Of a stretch of 64,000 nt of DNA, positions 43,065 through 57,070 are shown piece by piece. Source of the stretch: Eledone cirrhosa (taxonomy: Eukaryota). The stretch spans positions 157,914,001 through 157,978,000 of the forward strand of contig OZ024742.1 of assembly GCA_964016885.1 (NCBI GenBank), in the 5' to 3' direction. The first letter of the stretch is position 1. Each line of letters starts with the position of its first letter. The notes beneath the pieces are model-generated. The model searched no databases and had not been told where the DNA came from. It was given only the letters and a program-made list of their open reading frames with translations. The translations under genes were made by a program, and so were the position numbers.

Positions 43065-43122
43065 ATACTATGATCATTTCAATGTCCGGGTTCCGTATGA
43101 ATCCGGTGATATCATCAGGTAT
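43065..43122 (-). ncRNA. Hammerhead ribozyme
   Basis: atac-CTGATGA-[ccgg/ccgg stem II]-GAAA-tgatca-TA-gtat. Confidence 0.75.
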
Positions 43123-45440
43123 TCGAAATATAATACCTGAATGTAATATATAAAATCCATAGGGCTGAAAATCGAGGACCCGAGGGCGACCGCTATTCTG
43201 AACCTTCAACTTCAGCCGGTCGCCCTGGAGTGACGTGGCTAAAGTTTATAGTATGCTACTACCGGTCAGATAAACGAGAACAGAAAGTGATGTGAACATA
43301 AGTTAACGTCGATCTCATGACACAAGGTAAAAGAAAGAAAGAAAGGAAGGAGAGAGAAGAAGAGAAGCTAGGTTTAATGTCAGCTAAAAGAAGAAAGGCA
43401 ACTACTACCGGTCAGATATAGGCAAGCAAGAGGGGGAAGGAAGATAAGTCTGCGGGAGGAAGACAGGAAGAGGGGAGAAGAGAAGGAAGTGAAGAGAGAA
43501 GTAGAAAAGTAAGGGTTGATGGCTACAAGAAGGAAGACATAAAGAAAGAGGAAGAGAGGTCGATATTAATGTCAGACCACCGTCAGGCCAGGAGTGGCGC
43601 GAGAAAATGTTCACAGGGACCCGCATCTTAGCAGAGGTGAATATATTGGGAGTCAGTGTGTTACAGTATTTAGACTTCTAGGATGAAGTTAACAAAATTA
43701 ATAATCAATATTCAATATTAAAGAGGTTAGAGAATTTAAAGTTCAACAGTTTAACATTTTATTATATAATAGTTCCGATTTGTTCTGTAATTTAAAGGTA
43801 CTATGTGGCGGTTAAAACACCGGCCGCGTCCCGGGCCCCATGGCGAATTAAGCTACGCCGAGTATTTTCATTTACCGAAAGAAGGGGAAATTTATTTTTC
43901 CAAGCACTCCAGGTGAGCTCTTTCGCTAGGGAGCTGGTCGCGCCGCCATTAAAACCCACCCAACAGTCCGACAGAAAGTTGGAACTTTAGAATTTTGCTT
44001 AATTCTATCGGATGAAGATGGAAGAATTCAGAATAACATTATAAAACTAAGGAGTAAGAAGATTGAGAATTGAACAAACAGAAAATTGAAGATTAAACAT
44101 TCAAATAACTTCTATGAGGTTTTGGGTTGCGGGGTTTAATTAAATAGAGTCTTTTATGAAGAAACGTTAATTGTATTATGTAGATCTGTAATTTATCCTA
44201 GTGGGATGTAGAGTACGGGATATAGTCGTGTAATGTTTAATTTTGTTCTCAGGAGGAGACATTCTAGTATCGTGTGCTAATGGTTACAGGTCCCAATGTG
44301 AGGAGTAGAAATACATGGATACATAGAAGTGGAATACGTGGAAGAGACCATTGGTGCAGTAGAGGTATAAATATATAAACATATCAATATATAGGTATAA
44401 ACATGTAAATAAACCAACAAGAGTGGTGTTGGAGTAAGATGGAGAAATCAAGACATAGGAGAATTACAATATAGTTCAGGTTGCAGTATTTATGTTCCCG
44501 AGGGGGGAGGGGCAATCCTGTGTCGTGTGCTAAGGGTGCACGCGAGTAAAAGTCCGAATAGGGGAAGTAAAAAGTACTTGGATGTATAGATGTAGAGTAC
44601 GTGGAAAGGCATTAATACAGCAAACAAAGATGTGAAGATATAGATAAACAAACAATAGTCGTTGTCTAGTAAATGTAGAGTTCAAGACACAGGAGAAATA
44701 CAATATAGTTCAGGTTGCGGTATTTATGTTCCCAGGGGGAGATATTCCAGTGACGTGTGCTAAGGGTACACGCAAGTAAAAGTCCGAATAAGGGAAGTAG
44801 AAAGTACATGGATGTATAGAGGTAGAATACGTGGAGAAGCATTAATACAGAAAATAAAGATGTAAAGGTATTAATAAACAAACAAGAGTCGTTGTCTATT
44901 AAATGGAGAGTTCAAGACACAGGAGAAATACAATATAGTTCAAGTTGCAGTCAGATAATGCATATAGATGTGGAAACAGTGTGTGTTCGAGTCTGGGAGT
45001 TCAGTGTGAGTTATACATGCCCAGAAGTATAGGGTAGCGATTTAGTTAATACAGTGCAGTACAATACATGTTATGGTCTAATCCGTGGAGTTTCGCCGAA
45101 GTTCGAATATTCTGAGAGGGGAGTAGCAATGGGCCAGGTGAAAACACCGGGTAGCCAAAGTTCGAATTGTGGTTAGATATATTCAGTCCCATGCCGCTGT
45201 TCATTATTACATTTTGAAGAGCTCAACATTTCAGGAGCATTATTTATTCAGGTTTGAGGTTCACCACTGTATAGAGCTGGTCTATTCCGTAGGGTCAATC
45301 GTAATGCAATAATATAGAGAGTACTCAACGTAAGGCAGTTCAACCGTCTTTGTTTTTGTAGTTGGTGGTGCTATTACGGAGTTAAATATTATAATGAAAT
45401 GACAGGAGGCTGGATTTGTGTAAATCCTTGAAAGGTTTAT

Positions 45441-45498
45441 TTACTATGATCATTTCAATGACCCGATTCCGTATGAATCCGGTGATATCATCAGGTAT
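45441..45498 (-). ncRNA. Hammerhead ribozyme, second direct copy
   Basis: Same fold, 2376 nt from the first copy. Confidence 0.7.
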
Positions 45499-46174
45499 TC
45501 GAAATATAATACGTGAATGTAATAGATAAAATCCATGGGGCTGAAAATCGAGGACCCGAGGGCGACCGCTATTCTGTTCCTTCAACTTCAGCCGGTCGCC
45601 CTGGAGTGACGTGACTAAAGTTTATAGTATGCTACTACCGGTCAGATAAACGAGAACAGAAAGGGATGGGAACATAAGTTAACGTCGATCTCATGACACA
45701 AGGTAAAAGAAAGAAAGAAAGGAAGGAGAGAGGAGAAGGGGGAAGAAAGAAGAAAAGAAGCCAGGTTTAATGTCAGCTAAAAGAAGAAAGGTAACTACTA
45801 CCGGTCAGATATAGGCAAGCAAGAGGGGGAAGGAAGATAAGACTGCGGGAGGAAGACAGGAAGAGGGGAGAAGAAAAGGAAGAGAAGAGAGAAGTAGAAA
45901 AGTAAGGGTTGATGGGTACAAGAAGGAAGATAGAAAGAAAGAGGAAGAGAGGTCGATATTAATGTCCCGACCACAGTCAGGCCAGGAGTGGCGCGAGAAA
46001 ATTTTCACAGGGACCCGCATCTTAGCAGAGGTGAATATATTGGGAGTTAGTGTGTTACAGTGTTTAGACTTCTAGGATGAAGTTAAAAAAATTAATAATC
46101 AATATTCAATATTAAAGAGGTTCGATTTTCAGCCCCATGGATTTTATCTATTACATTCACGTATTATATTTCGA

Positions 46175-46232
46175 ATACCTGATGATATCACCGGATTCAT
46201 ACGGAACCCGGTCATTGAAATGATCATAGTAT
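46175..46232 (+). ncRNA. Hammerhead ribozyme, inverted copy
   Basis: atac 46175, CTGATGA 46179, GAAA 46217, tgatca, TA, gtat 46232. Confidence 0.75.
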
Positions 46233-46336
46233 AATAAACCTTTCAAGGATTTACACAAATCCAGCCGTCTGTCATTTCATTATATAGACATATATATTTG
46301 ATCACATGAATGTCGATATTTATTAATATTTTGAAG

Positions 46337-46431
<95 letters not shown>

Positions 46432-46434
<3 letters not shown>

Positions 46435-46620
46435 TACTTCAAAATATTAATAAATATCGACATTCACGTGATCAAATATATTTTATTATATATATTTCAG
46501 AGGTACTGAGCTGTTTCATTAGTACGTCCTCATCGATAAAATAAATTTATGTCTGACATACCTCAACTGTGCTGATGGTGCAATTCCAGTTTTGGCAGTA
46601 AAACTGTTTAACTTTTGGTT
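46432..46620 (-). mobile_element. Diverged PLE terminus related to 5901-6405 and 52697
   Basis: HHR fold with one core base deleted (C-GATGA); its first ~48 bp are mirrored at ~46291-46340 across a (TA)n tract. Confidence 0.6.
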
Positions 46621-46629
46621 ATATATATA

Positions 46630-46680
<51 letters not shown>

Positions 46681-47514
46681 GAATAATCGAGAATCGGAAA
46701 AACAGCCTACGAATTAACGATAAACAAATCCGATATGTGTGGCAGAGGGCTCAATAATTTAGATAAATCAGAGCTATAACTATCGTTAAATTACCAACAC
46801 ATAGAGGTCATGCCTAAAATCACCCATACAGCCGAAAAAGAACGACCAGGAAGATTCGGGTCACTCAAATCAAATATCAATAAATCAATAAATTAAATGA
46901 ATGTAAAAAACTTACCCGGACCCGCTAGAAGGATGTTAAATCTAGCTTCTTGGGTTTCTACAATTCCTTAATCCAATCAATATCAGCCCACATAAAAAAT
47001 ATATGAGACTTCTAGAGAAGGTGGGACGCGGAAGAGCTTTATCAACGGGAATTTCGTCCGGAAATGAAGAGAAGACCCTTAGCCAGAAAAGCACATCGTG
47101 CCCAGCAAGGGAGATAACCTCTACATTAGCGAAAGATTTTCGGTAATGTGCAAATCATGTTCGAATACAAAATATCACATATCGAATCAGAATGAGAGAG
47201 AGAGAGAGAGAGAGAGAGATTTGATTATGTGTTGGTTATCGAAACCTCAGTATGCACGGTAGAACACGAAGTGTAAGTCTACAGGTTAAAGTTTACTTCG
47301 GTTGTACATATTCACTGTTATATATATTTCGGTGGTAACCATTATTCAACAGCTACGACCTCACCAGATACATAGAACTAGAACAGAAAACACAGAAAAA
47401 CATCATGATGAAATATAAAGTTTACCATGTTATATCGAACTTTTGATACGCCCAGTCCTGAAATATCGTGTTCTTTGAGAAAATAACACAATAAGCTACT
47501 TAGTATTTTCTTAT

Positions 47515-47567
<53 letters not shown>

Positions 47568-47577
47568 TGAGAGAGAG

Positions 47578-47619
<42 letters not shown>

Positions 47620-48271
47620 TATATATATATGTATATCTATGTAGATATATGTACATATATATCTATCTCTCTCTCTATATATATATGTGTGTATGTGTGT
47701 GTGTTTGAATGTGTGTATGTGTGGGTATGTATGTGCGTGCGTGTGTGTCTTTAAGGAAGTGAGTGTTTAAATACACAGTTACCAAGAACAGTCAAACACT
47801 ATATAACATATTTCTCTTGTGACTTCCTATTTACGTCATTCCAGTTTCCGTCTGCTCCTTTGATAGGTTGATTATTTGTTATGTCTTTAGATCTAGTGAT
47901 TTGGTATGATATAATCACTGGTTATGGGATTGGCTTAATCATTGTGTGTTAAGAAAGGTAGCATATATATATATTCGGGGACATTTGAAAAAATGTACAT
48001 TTGTATCTTAAATTGTTACGTTCTCTTGATTAAATGAGACAAAAGTTATGAAGAAACGTAGGCTTGTATTATTTTATGTAGTATTTGTTTACAAGTGTCT
48101 ATTTACTAGTGCATTTAAATGTTGGATACCGTGTTTGACCCGATGATGTGTAGACATTCAATTTGTGGGATTTAATTTGATAAATCGAATGATTCTCCAG
48201 CTGCGAGCAGGATTTTTACAGAAAAATATTTTACGTAATAAATTATGCTATAATAAAATATTCATCGTTTA

Positions 48272-48344
<73 letters not shown>

Positions 48345-48479
48345 ATACTTGGGGAGGGTCATATTTGCGTAATATTGCCAGAATTAATAACAGAACACTC
48401 TCACTGTTTGGTTGGTTTTCGCTTCTCGCTGTCTTTTATATCTGCGATCTAACTTACTCGGTCCTCAATGTTGCCATTG

Positions 48480-48962
48480 ACTGACCGACGGTCAAAAATA
48501 ATACAGATACAATATAGACACAAACACATATATATAGTTTACATAATTTACATATATCTTTCGTTGCACATCTGCAACATCGTCAGTGGTGTTATATTTT
48601 TCCCCTCTGTTGTGTTTTATGTCTACGCCATTTTTTATTCAGTCTGTCTATATATTTATTTATTTATTTGCTTTTTTGTTTATTTTATTTTGTCTTCTTT
48701 GCGCATGCGTTTGCGTGTGTGTATAGTGTTATGTGTGCTGTGTGACTAGTGTGTATAGTGTTGTGTCTGCTGGGTGACTAGTGTGTGTTTATGTGCTTGT
48801 TGTTATTGTGCTTGTGTATGTATTTATTTATCTTATTTTATTTTATTTTATTTATTTACATATTTATACTTCTCTTAGGTCAGTGTTGTTTGTTTGGGTG
48901 TTGTTGTTGTTCCACTCATTCTTTATGATTAGCTTTGGTCTTCTAATTTCTATTTCACTTTA
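48480..48962 (-). mobile_element. 3' end of a PLE related to the 1-1640 element, with HHR at 48549-48590
   Basis: Minus strand ..RPKLIIKNEWNNNNT resembles KPKLNRKYEWNSNIT; CTGACGA-t-gttgca/tgcaac-GAAA; adjacent 48965-49050 resembles 1555-1632. Confidence 0.6.
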
Positions 48963-49262
48963 CGCAAATATGACCCCCCCCCCCCCAAGTATAACAATAT
49001 CTGTTTCGACACACGATTTCATATAAAAAACCTCGCTAAACTAATTCATCGCCGCTATATATATATATATATATATGGGAAAAAGTATGACCCTGACGGC
49101 AGAGCTCAAGCCGTTTCGACGGCTATTTCAGTCCAGAAATTGCCGTCGAAACGGCATGAGCTCAGCCATCGGGGTCATACTTTTTCCTATTCCCACTTTA
49201 CTACCCGAAGTATTGAGTACTCTGGTGCGTTATGATCCATTTGGTTCCTTGCCACAATCCCT

Positions 49263-49311
<49 letters not shown>

Positions 49312-49347
49312 GCACATTTGTGCATATTTATAAATATATAAATCTTG

Positions 49348-49383
<36 letters not shown>

Positions 49384-49389
<6 letters not shown>

Positions 49390-49780
49390 GAGATCAAAAG
49401 ATGGTTAAAGGAGTTCCGTGTATTTTAGTATGCGCATTTCAAAAACAAACATCATCATGCAATAATATTTGTGTTTTCATCAGATAAAACAGGAGAACAT
49501 GATATGAAGGCTAAAAAACACTTGTGGATAGTGCAGTTTTAAATCAACATATCCACAAGTGTTTTTTAGCCTTCATATCATGTTCTCCTGTTTTATCTGA
49601 TGAAAACACAAATATTATTGCATGATGATGTTTGTTTTTGAAATGCGCATAATAAAATACATGGAACTCCATTAACCATCTTTTGATCTTATATTATGTA
49701 TACTCCAGTCCTAGAAACTGTAGAGTGCTTCTTATCCGATATCTGCATTGCTTTATTGTACTACAATAAAACTCACCTCC

Positions 49781-49785
<5 letters not shown>
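49384..49785. mobile_element. Fold-back element with ~145-bp arms, HHR on both strands, and tail
   Basis: Arms ~49384-49530 and ~49550-49697; HHR at 49590-49660: ttttat-CTGATGA...GAAA-tgcgca-TA-ataaaa. Confidence 0.85.
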
Positions 49786-49838
<53 letters not shown>

Positions 49839-50643
49839 TTAGTTAAGCCAAACAAGACCACACATTTCCCAAGAGAGACATTATTAAATGATTGTCAACA
49901 TAGTTTTAGTTTAATGTAAGGAATGTTAATAATAATAATAATAATACTAATGATTGTTTCTACTATTGGCACAAGGCCAGCAATTACCCAGGTAATTACT
50001 GGGTAACTTACTTAGGTAAAATTGGAGCAGTTCATCGGAACTTCAAAAGGAATATAAATTAAGATAAAAAAGATGGTTACAGGAATGTAATATTCCATAT
50101 AAAGGTATTTCACTATGGTGTCCTGGGTATATCTCTTGTGTGTCATAGGCGAGCAATATTCTCCTGTCGAGGCTGCATTATGTGAGTTCGGCCTATGGGT
50201 AACAAGATGGCCGCCAAAGGACATATTTAAGTTAATTATCCTCAATTGAATCAGATCAATAATGATCTATAATGATTTGACCCATAAACATTATAAGGAG
50301 TAACGAAACAATTGTAAACGGACATTATTAGTATTATTATTATTATTATTCTTTACATTCCTTACATTAAACTAAAAGTATGTTGAGAATATTTTAATAA
50401 TGTCTCCCTTGGGAAATGTGTGGTCTTGTTTTGCTTAATTAATGAATATTTCCAGCTCTATGCACCTAAACTCTGCATGAACACAGCCACCTAACTGCCT
50501 TCCACTGCATATTGCACATTGAGCACATGCCTTTACGCTTTGGCTTCGAACTAATTCACCAATCTCTCTTCTCCTCTCCTATCTCCATCTTACTCTTTAA
50601 GATTGGTTACACTTGAACTGTGTATATATATAAATATATACAT

Positions 50644-50733
<90 letters not shown>

Positions 50734-51384
50734 ATGTGTATATATGTATATATGTGTGTATATATATTTCACCAGTTGGTACTACTGGTAACATGTATCC
50801 CAGTACAACATGTCTCATGGTCGGGTCGTTGGCGACTAAACTGGCAACCCCACCAAGGTTTCTTGGTGAGGAGGGTGACATACTGTAGGACTAAAAACAA
50901 AACCTGTCAAAGGGCTAAGGAGCTCTTAAGAGTCAATGGCCATCCAAAATCACCGGGAGAGATGACCCCTTAGCCTTTGTCAAGGCAGGAGTCTAGGAGA
51001 AGGAAAACTCTGATATAACACCTGCAACTCTGATGGTATCCAATGATGTTGACATGTTCTTCTTTTTGGTAAATATCATCTTGGTTAAGAGAGTGGGACT
51101 GGCTTTGTGCAGTGCCTTTGCTCACTATGAAAGCTTCACGGCAGAGGCATTGCTTTATATCTGGAGATATCTCTGCACTTGTCGTCACATGGTACCATGC
51201 GCCCAGCAGTATGTGTCAATAATTGTCACAAGTGTCGTGTTAGTACCAGAGTTTTCAAGTCGCTGGCTGGACTAAAAAGTCACACTCGTTCAGCGCATCG
51301 GTAGGGGTTCTGATACATGTATATAAAGTAGTGGCCGTACTCGAAAACGAGTTGGCAGCCACCATGTATATATATATATATACA

Positions 51385-52135
51385 ATAATAATAATTGTTT
51401 CTACTTTTGGCACAAGGCCTGCAATTACCCAGTGCATTACTGGTAGTTTATTTTATCGACCCCGTAAGGATGAAAGGCAAAATTAACCTCGGCGGAGTTT
51501 GAACTCAGAATGGCAAGGGGCGTAACTCTATGGGTCAAAGCATGGCATCTGACCCTCTACCGATACTGCCATATATATAATAATAATAATTGTTTCTACG
51601 CTTGGCACAAGGCCAACAATTAACAAGTACATTACTGGTACTTTTATTTTATCGACCCTTTAAGTATGAAAGGCAAAGTTAACCTCGGCAGGATTTGAAC
51701 TCAGACCGTAAAGGGACGTAACTATGCTGTAAAGAATGGCGTCCGACTCTCCACAGATACTGCCAATCCTGCACCTTTATATAATAATAATAATGATACT
51801 ATTTATAGTTATGTATATACTATAAACAACTATAAACAGGAAAGGTTAGTAATTTCCTACTACCCTATTACCATAAGGGAAATATATATATATATTCCTG
51901 CTCTGTAAAACACATGATGTTCTTACATTGAGCTATTTCTCTTACTGGTATTAAGGTAGTAGGAAATTACTAATCTTTCCTGTTTATAGTTGTTTATAGT
52001 ATATACATAACTATAAATAGTATCATTATTATTATTAATCCCGCCGAGGTTAACTTTGCCTTTCCTCCTTACAGGGTCGATAAAATAAAGTACCAGTAAT
52101 GTACTGGTTATTTGCTGGCTTGTGCCAAACATAAA
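51385..52135. mobile_element. SINE cluster (two minus copies ~51385-51572 and ~51580-51780; plus partial ~52037-52135) with local inverted duplication
   Basis: Same Nin-type core as 10258; ~51785-51863 inverted at ~51955-52037. Confidence 0.75.
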
Positions 52136-53236
52136 TTATCGAGATTCGCATTTCGGCCCACGAAATAACGAAAAGCAACCTCCGAGATGTGCGGCAAGTG
52201 CTCAATGATTCAGGTGAACCAGAGCCATAACAAACGTTAAAGGCCAAACACACTGAGACGAGGGTTAAACAATCATTCGCATGGGCAAAAACACGATCAA
52301 GTAATTTGGGTATTGAAAATTTACCCGGACCCCTGGAAGGTTAGTAAAATCCAGTATACGTGTTTCTGCGGCTCCTAAATCAAGTCCCGTCCGCTTACAT
52401 AATGTCAGGCTTCTGGTAAGATGATTGAACAAGGAAGCCACTTTCTCAACAGGTTTTAGTTCAATGTTAATACAATATATATATGAAAATATTTAACCAC
52501 AACGGCAGAGCTCAAGCCATTTCGATGGCTATTTCTGGATTCCAGAAATAGCCGTCGAAACGGCTTGAGCTCTGCCGTCGGGGTCAAACCTTTTCCTATT
52601 ACACACTCTACTACCCTAAATATTGAGTACTCTGGTACGTTATGGTCCATCTGGTTCCTTACCACACCTCCTTCGTTATATATTTATTTATATATATATT
52701 AATTCAAAATATTAACAAAATAGATATTCTTGTGATCAAGTATATTTTATTATACATATTTCAGAGGTACTGGGTTAACTTCAAGAGTACGTCCTCATCA
52801 GATAAAATAAGATGATGGATGACATACCCTGACATAGTAGATGGTTAAGATTCAGTCATAGTAGTGAGTAATATATGACAAAACTCAATATTTATATACC
52901 TTAATATTGAAACATGAAATAAACCTACATATAATACATATAATAGAGAGGGTGGGTGTGAGAAAGCTTAAAAAATACATAGCAGCAATATAACTGTTAG
53001 AGATTCAAATAATTTAAATTACTGAAGAAAGAGGAAAGAAAAGAAAGGCATAGAGAAAGAAACGGATGAGGGGATAATATAGCTAGTAAGAGCATAGAAA
53101 TCAAAAGAGAGTTGATTACAGAGAGAGAGATAAAGAGGAATAATTTTTATAGGGAGATATTAATTAGAACAACATTTTGGCTTAGCTTTAGGAAAAAGTA
53201 AAAAAAAGTCAATTCATAGCACTGTTAGTTGCTATC

Positions 53237-53268
<32 letters not shown>

Positions 53269-53347
53269 GCTTATGTGCGTGCGTGTGTGTGTATATATAT
53301 ATGAATATGTATATTATTATTGTTGTTGTCGTTATTATTATTATTGC

Positions 53348-53393
<46 letters not shown>

Positions 53394-54304
53394 GTTAATA
53401 ATGTATGTGTGTGTATATGTGTGAGTGTATGTGTATGTATGTGTGTATGTATAAAGAGATAAAGAGGAATAATTTTTATAGTATAATATATAGGGATATA
53501 TTAATTAGAACAACATTTGGGCTTAGCTTTAGGAAAAAGAAAAAAGCTCAATTCATTGAATTATTGAATTATCTAAAAGTATTCATCAATCGAAATTTTA
53601 AATATAATTGGGTGTATTTATATGAAGGTTAATACCAAGTCTTTAGATAATTATCTATATACAAAATATATATCCAAACATATCTGGTTGAACGTTAACA
53701 TTCAAATCATTTAATTTAAGTTAGTTCAGAGTAATGAATAACATTCTAGGTTATAAAAGTTAATAAATGTCTGTATTAATATTAAAGTATACTATCATAT
53801 TTAATTTATAAAATCAATTTTATGAAAAATCACGAGAAAGAAAACAATGTTTTTACATCCTCACCGAGGTAAACGTTACTAAATTTATTATATATTATTA
53901 AATTATTTATATTATATTGAAAATAGTTTACATTATATAATTTAGAAAATAATTACAGTTATAATTTTTAAAGAATTTTAAGATTAATAATTTGAATGTC
54001 TGAAGGATCAACAGGCCTTATAATTAAACTGTAAAAAGTATGATTATTAAATTATATATATGCATTTATCCAAAAAATACACACAGATTATATTGTCTAA
54101 AGATTAAGATGATACCTCTCAATTAGACATAACACAATACAATACAATAAATAAGTTACTGATAATATTGTTAAAATTACTGTTTTAGATCAATTATTAT
54201 AATAGGATCATTTAATAGATATATACTATAAATATACAAGTCAAAAGTTCTTGAATCCTAAGGATAAGGACTAGATTCAAAATAAAAAGTGGAAAAAGTA
54301 AAAA

Positions 54305-54494
54305 TAATTGTTTCTACTGTTGGCGCAGAGCCAGCAATTACCCAGTGTATTACTGGTACTTTATTTTATCGACCCCGTAACGATGAAAGGTAAAGTTAAC
54401 CTCGACGGGATTTGAACTCAGACCATAAAGGGACGTAACTATGCTAGAAAGCATGACGTCCAACCCTCTACCGATACTGCCAATTCACCGCCCT
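54305..54494 (-). mobile_element. SINE with 17-bp target-site duplication
   Basis: gaaaaagtaaaaataat at 54292-54308 and 54495-54511; empty site preserved in the inverted arm near 57078-57094. Confidence 0.85.
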
Positions 54495-55449
54495 GAAAAA
54501 GTAAAAATAATGAATTGTAATAAGGCTTTATCCTAAATAATGAATTGTAATAAGGCTTTGTCCTACCAATATCAAAAAATATAGTTTGAAAATGCAAGAA
54601 ATTTCTTTTTTAATTTATATAGTAGACTAACAACACTTCAAAAGTGTCCACGAAGATAGAAAGAGGAGCTAAGGATTTCAATGACCCGAAGGTAACCCAA
54701 AATTAATTAAAATAAATTAAATTAAATTAAGTAATAATCCTTATATAATTTAGAACATTAAGAACATATTTAACAATTATAACAATAGAGTGTCATTTAA
54801 GTATCCAAATTACTTATAAATGTAACTAGGAGCATGTTATATTACTAGATAAACAGATTTGTTCAAATATATAGAGAGAGTATTATAGGTATTAGTGAAA
54901 CGATATACATATAATAAATAAATAATTACAATCATTATTAGTAATGTTATAATTGTAGTTTTACATCCAGTCTAGTGGAAAGAAAGACCAATATTTGTGG
55001 ACTAGTAACATTTTTGACAGTTATACCTAAATATATATTAAAAAAATAAAATGTACAAATTTAACTTTCTGAGTCCTAAAACATACTTAAAATGAGTAAA
55101 ATATATAAATGCATCAATGATTTACGGTTCAATTATAACCGGTACTCTTATAAGTTATATATCCAAATTATATATTTAAAACAAAAACAAATATATAAGG
55201 ATTCAAATCTAAATTATATATATCAAAAATAATCCAAAGGTGTGCATATTCATCAAGAGAACATGTTAACAAATAATATGTTTATATACCTAAACAGGAC
55301 CCTTTAGTCTAACATTAATTCTAACATTACTTCTATCATAGAAAATAAAACATTATTAAAGTTTTATAATCTGTTATAACGTTTTAGGTACACAGTTGAT
55401 AAGAGACGTCAACAATTAAAACCTGTTTATTTAATGTTTTTTCCTGACT

Positions 55450-57070
55450 TTTTGCGAGGCTTGGAATGTAGACAAAGCTTTATGAAGGCAGTTTGAGAAT
55501 AATTCACTTTTTTTGTTAATTAAGTTTTCATAATTAGTAATTTTTAATAGGATGTCCATGGTACAGAGGCTGCAGTTAGGTGATATTGACGAATTCGAGT
55601 AAATTCTACTATTATAGCTTCGTCCAAAAAATCGAGTATTTTAAATTTTTTTCTTTTAATGACCATATATTACATTGCTTCCTCCAAAATATCGAGTATT
55701 TTAAATTTGTGTCTTTTAATGACCATATAAGTTGTGATAAAGAAGTCGAAGACTTCCTATTAGGATTCGAAAAAGGGCATTTATGATTCCCAAATCTCGA
55801 TTTAAATGTCGAAGAAGTTGCCCCAATATAGTTGTATGTGATGTTATTTGCTTTTACGGTGCATTTATACACCAAATTGCTATCCAGACAATTATTTTGC
55901 AGAGGACAATCTGGTTTATTTCTACAATTACATTTCGATTTATTATTATTATAATTTAAATACTATTATTACTTCGAAATGTTCTGTTGATAGTGCTTAT
56001 ATTGTTGTTAATGTTATTCATAGTATCAATATTGTTAGTGTTATTATATTCACTATTGTTAAATGTGTGCTGATTATGGTTTAGAATTCTACTATTTAAT
56101 TTAGCGATGTTTTAGTTGTAGATTAAGAAAGCTTTATTGTGTGTCTATTAAATATGGAACGGTATTTATGTTGAATAGTGAGGGAATTATCTAAAGCTTT
56201 AAAGCATAGATTAGCGTGTGGTGTTTTTATTGCTACAGAAGCAGGTGGGGGTGGGGGGGGGGCATATAACTGATTTAGTTCTGTTTTTTTCCCTGATTTA
56301 TTCACAGTACTGGTGTTTGAATTATAATTTTTAGAATTTCGTTTATACATGTTAGTCATATTATTATTTTTATCAGGATTATAATTCAAATTATTATTGT
56401 CTATATATTCTATATTATTTTTATAACCTGCCTTTTCATCAAATATGGATTTATTAGCAGATATTCTAGTTATGCGTTTCTGTACACTATTGACAATTGC
56501 ATTTTTCACAGATTTAGGATGATTAGAGTAATAGCTAACGTAATTTAAATTTTCATTGGGCTTATGGAAAGGGTAATAAAAGCCAGAGTTTAAGTTAAGA
56601 GTAACATCAAGGAAATTAGCTATTTTGGTACCACTTTCAACCTCTAATTTAAGGTCGTAATTTTCAAAAAATTCAATTATAGTTTGCTTAACCCTATTTA
56701 GTTCTGTATTGCTGCGTTTGACAACCGTAAATAAAATATCGTCCCTATATAAACCACCGGTAATCTCCGGCAGTTTTCTATTTACCATATTTAAGATGAA
56801 AATCCCCAGAATATCCGTGACCTGCGCTGAGTCCGATGATCCCATGGTAATGTCAAACTTGCTATTCCTAACTGAGGAGTCCAATACTCATTGTTGAAAT
56901 TAATTAGAGTTCTTCTAGCAGTTAATATTATATCGATTTCATCCGTAGTTAGATCTGTATGCATGTAAGCATACGATAAAGTCTTATTTAATAGGTTAGG
57001 TGTAATGGAAGAGTAATAGCTTGAAACTTTTAAACTATATTTTTTTATATTGGGCACTTTTATTGGGGAA
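55450..57070 (-). pseudogene. Hydra-type PLE RT + GIY-YIG, frameshifted
   Basis: YYSSIT..LL..., FDITMGSSDSAQV.D..G, GLYRDD, NFLDVTL, SNHP, VYKCTV...YIGAT...FKSR..NH, CSLC...LINKKSELFSNCLH. Confidence 0.9.

Noticed and set aside
46678-47180. Sequence resembling 52135-52455, maybe a PLE N-terminal region
   Set aside because: Similarity is patchy and translations are full of stops
50012-50245. 77-aa ORF with faint RT-like words
   Set aside because: Catalytic motifs not recognisable
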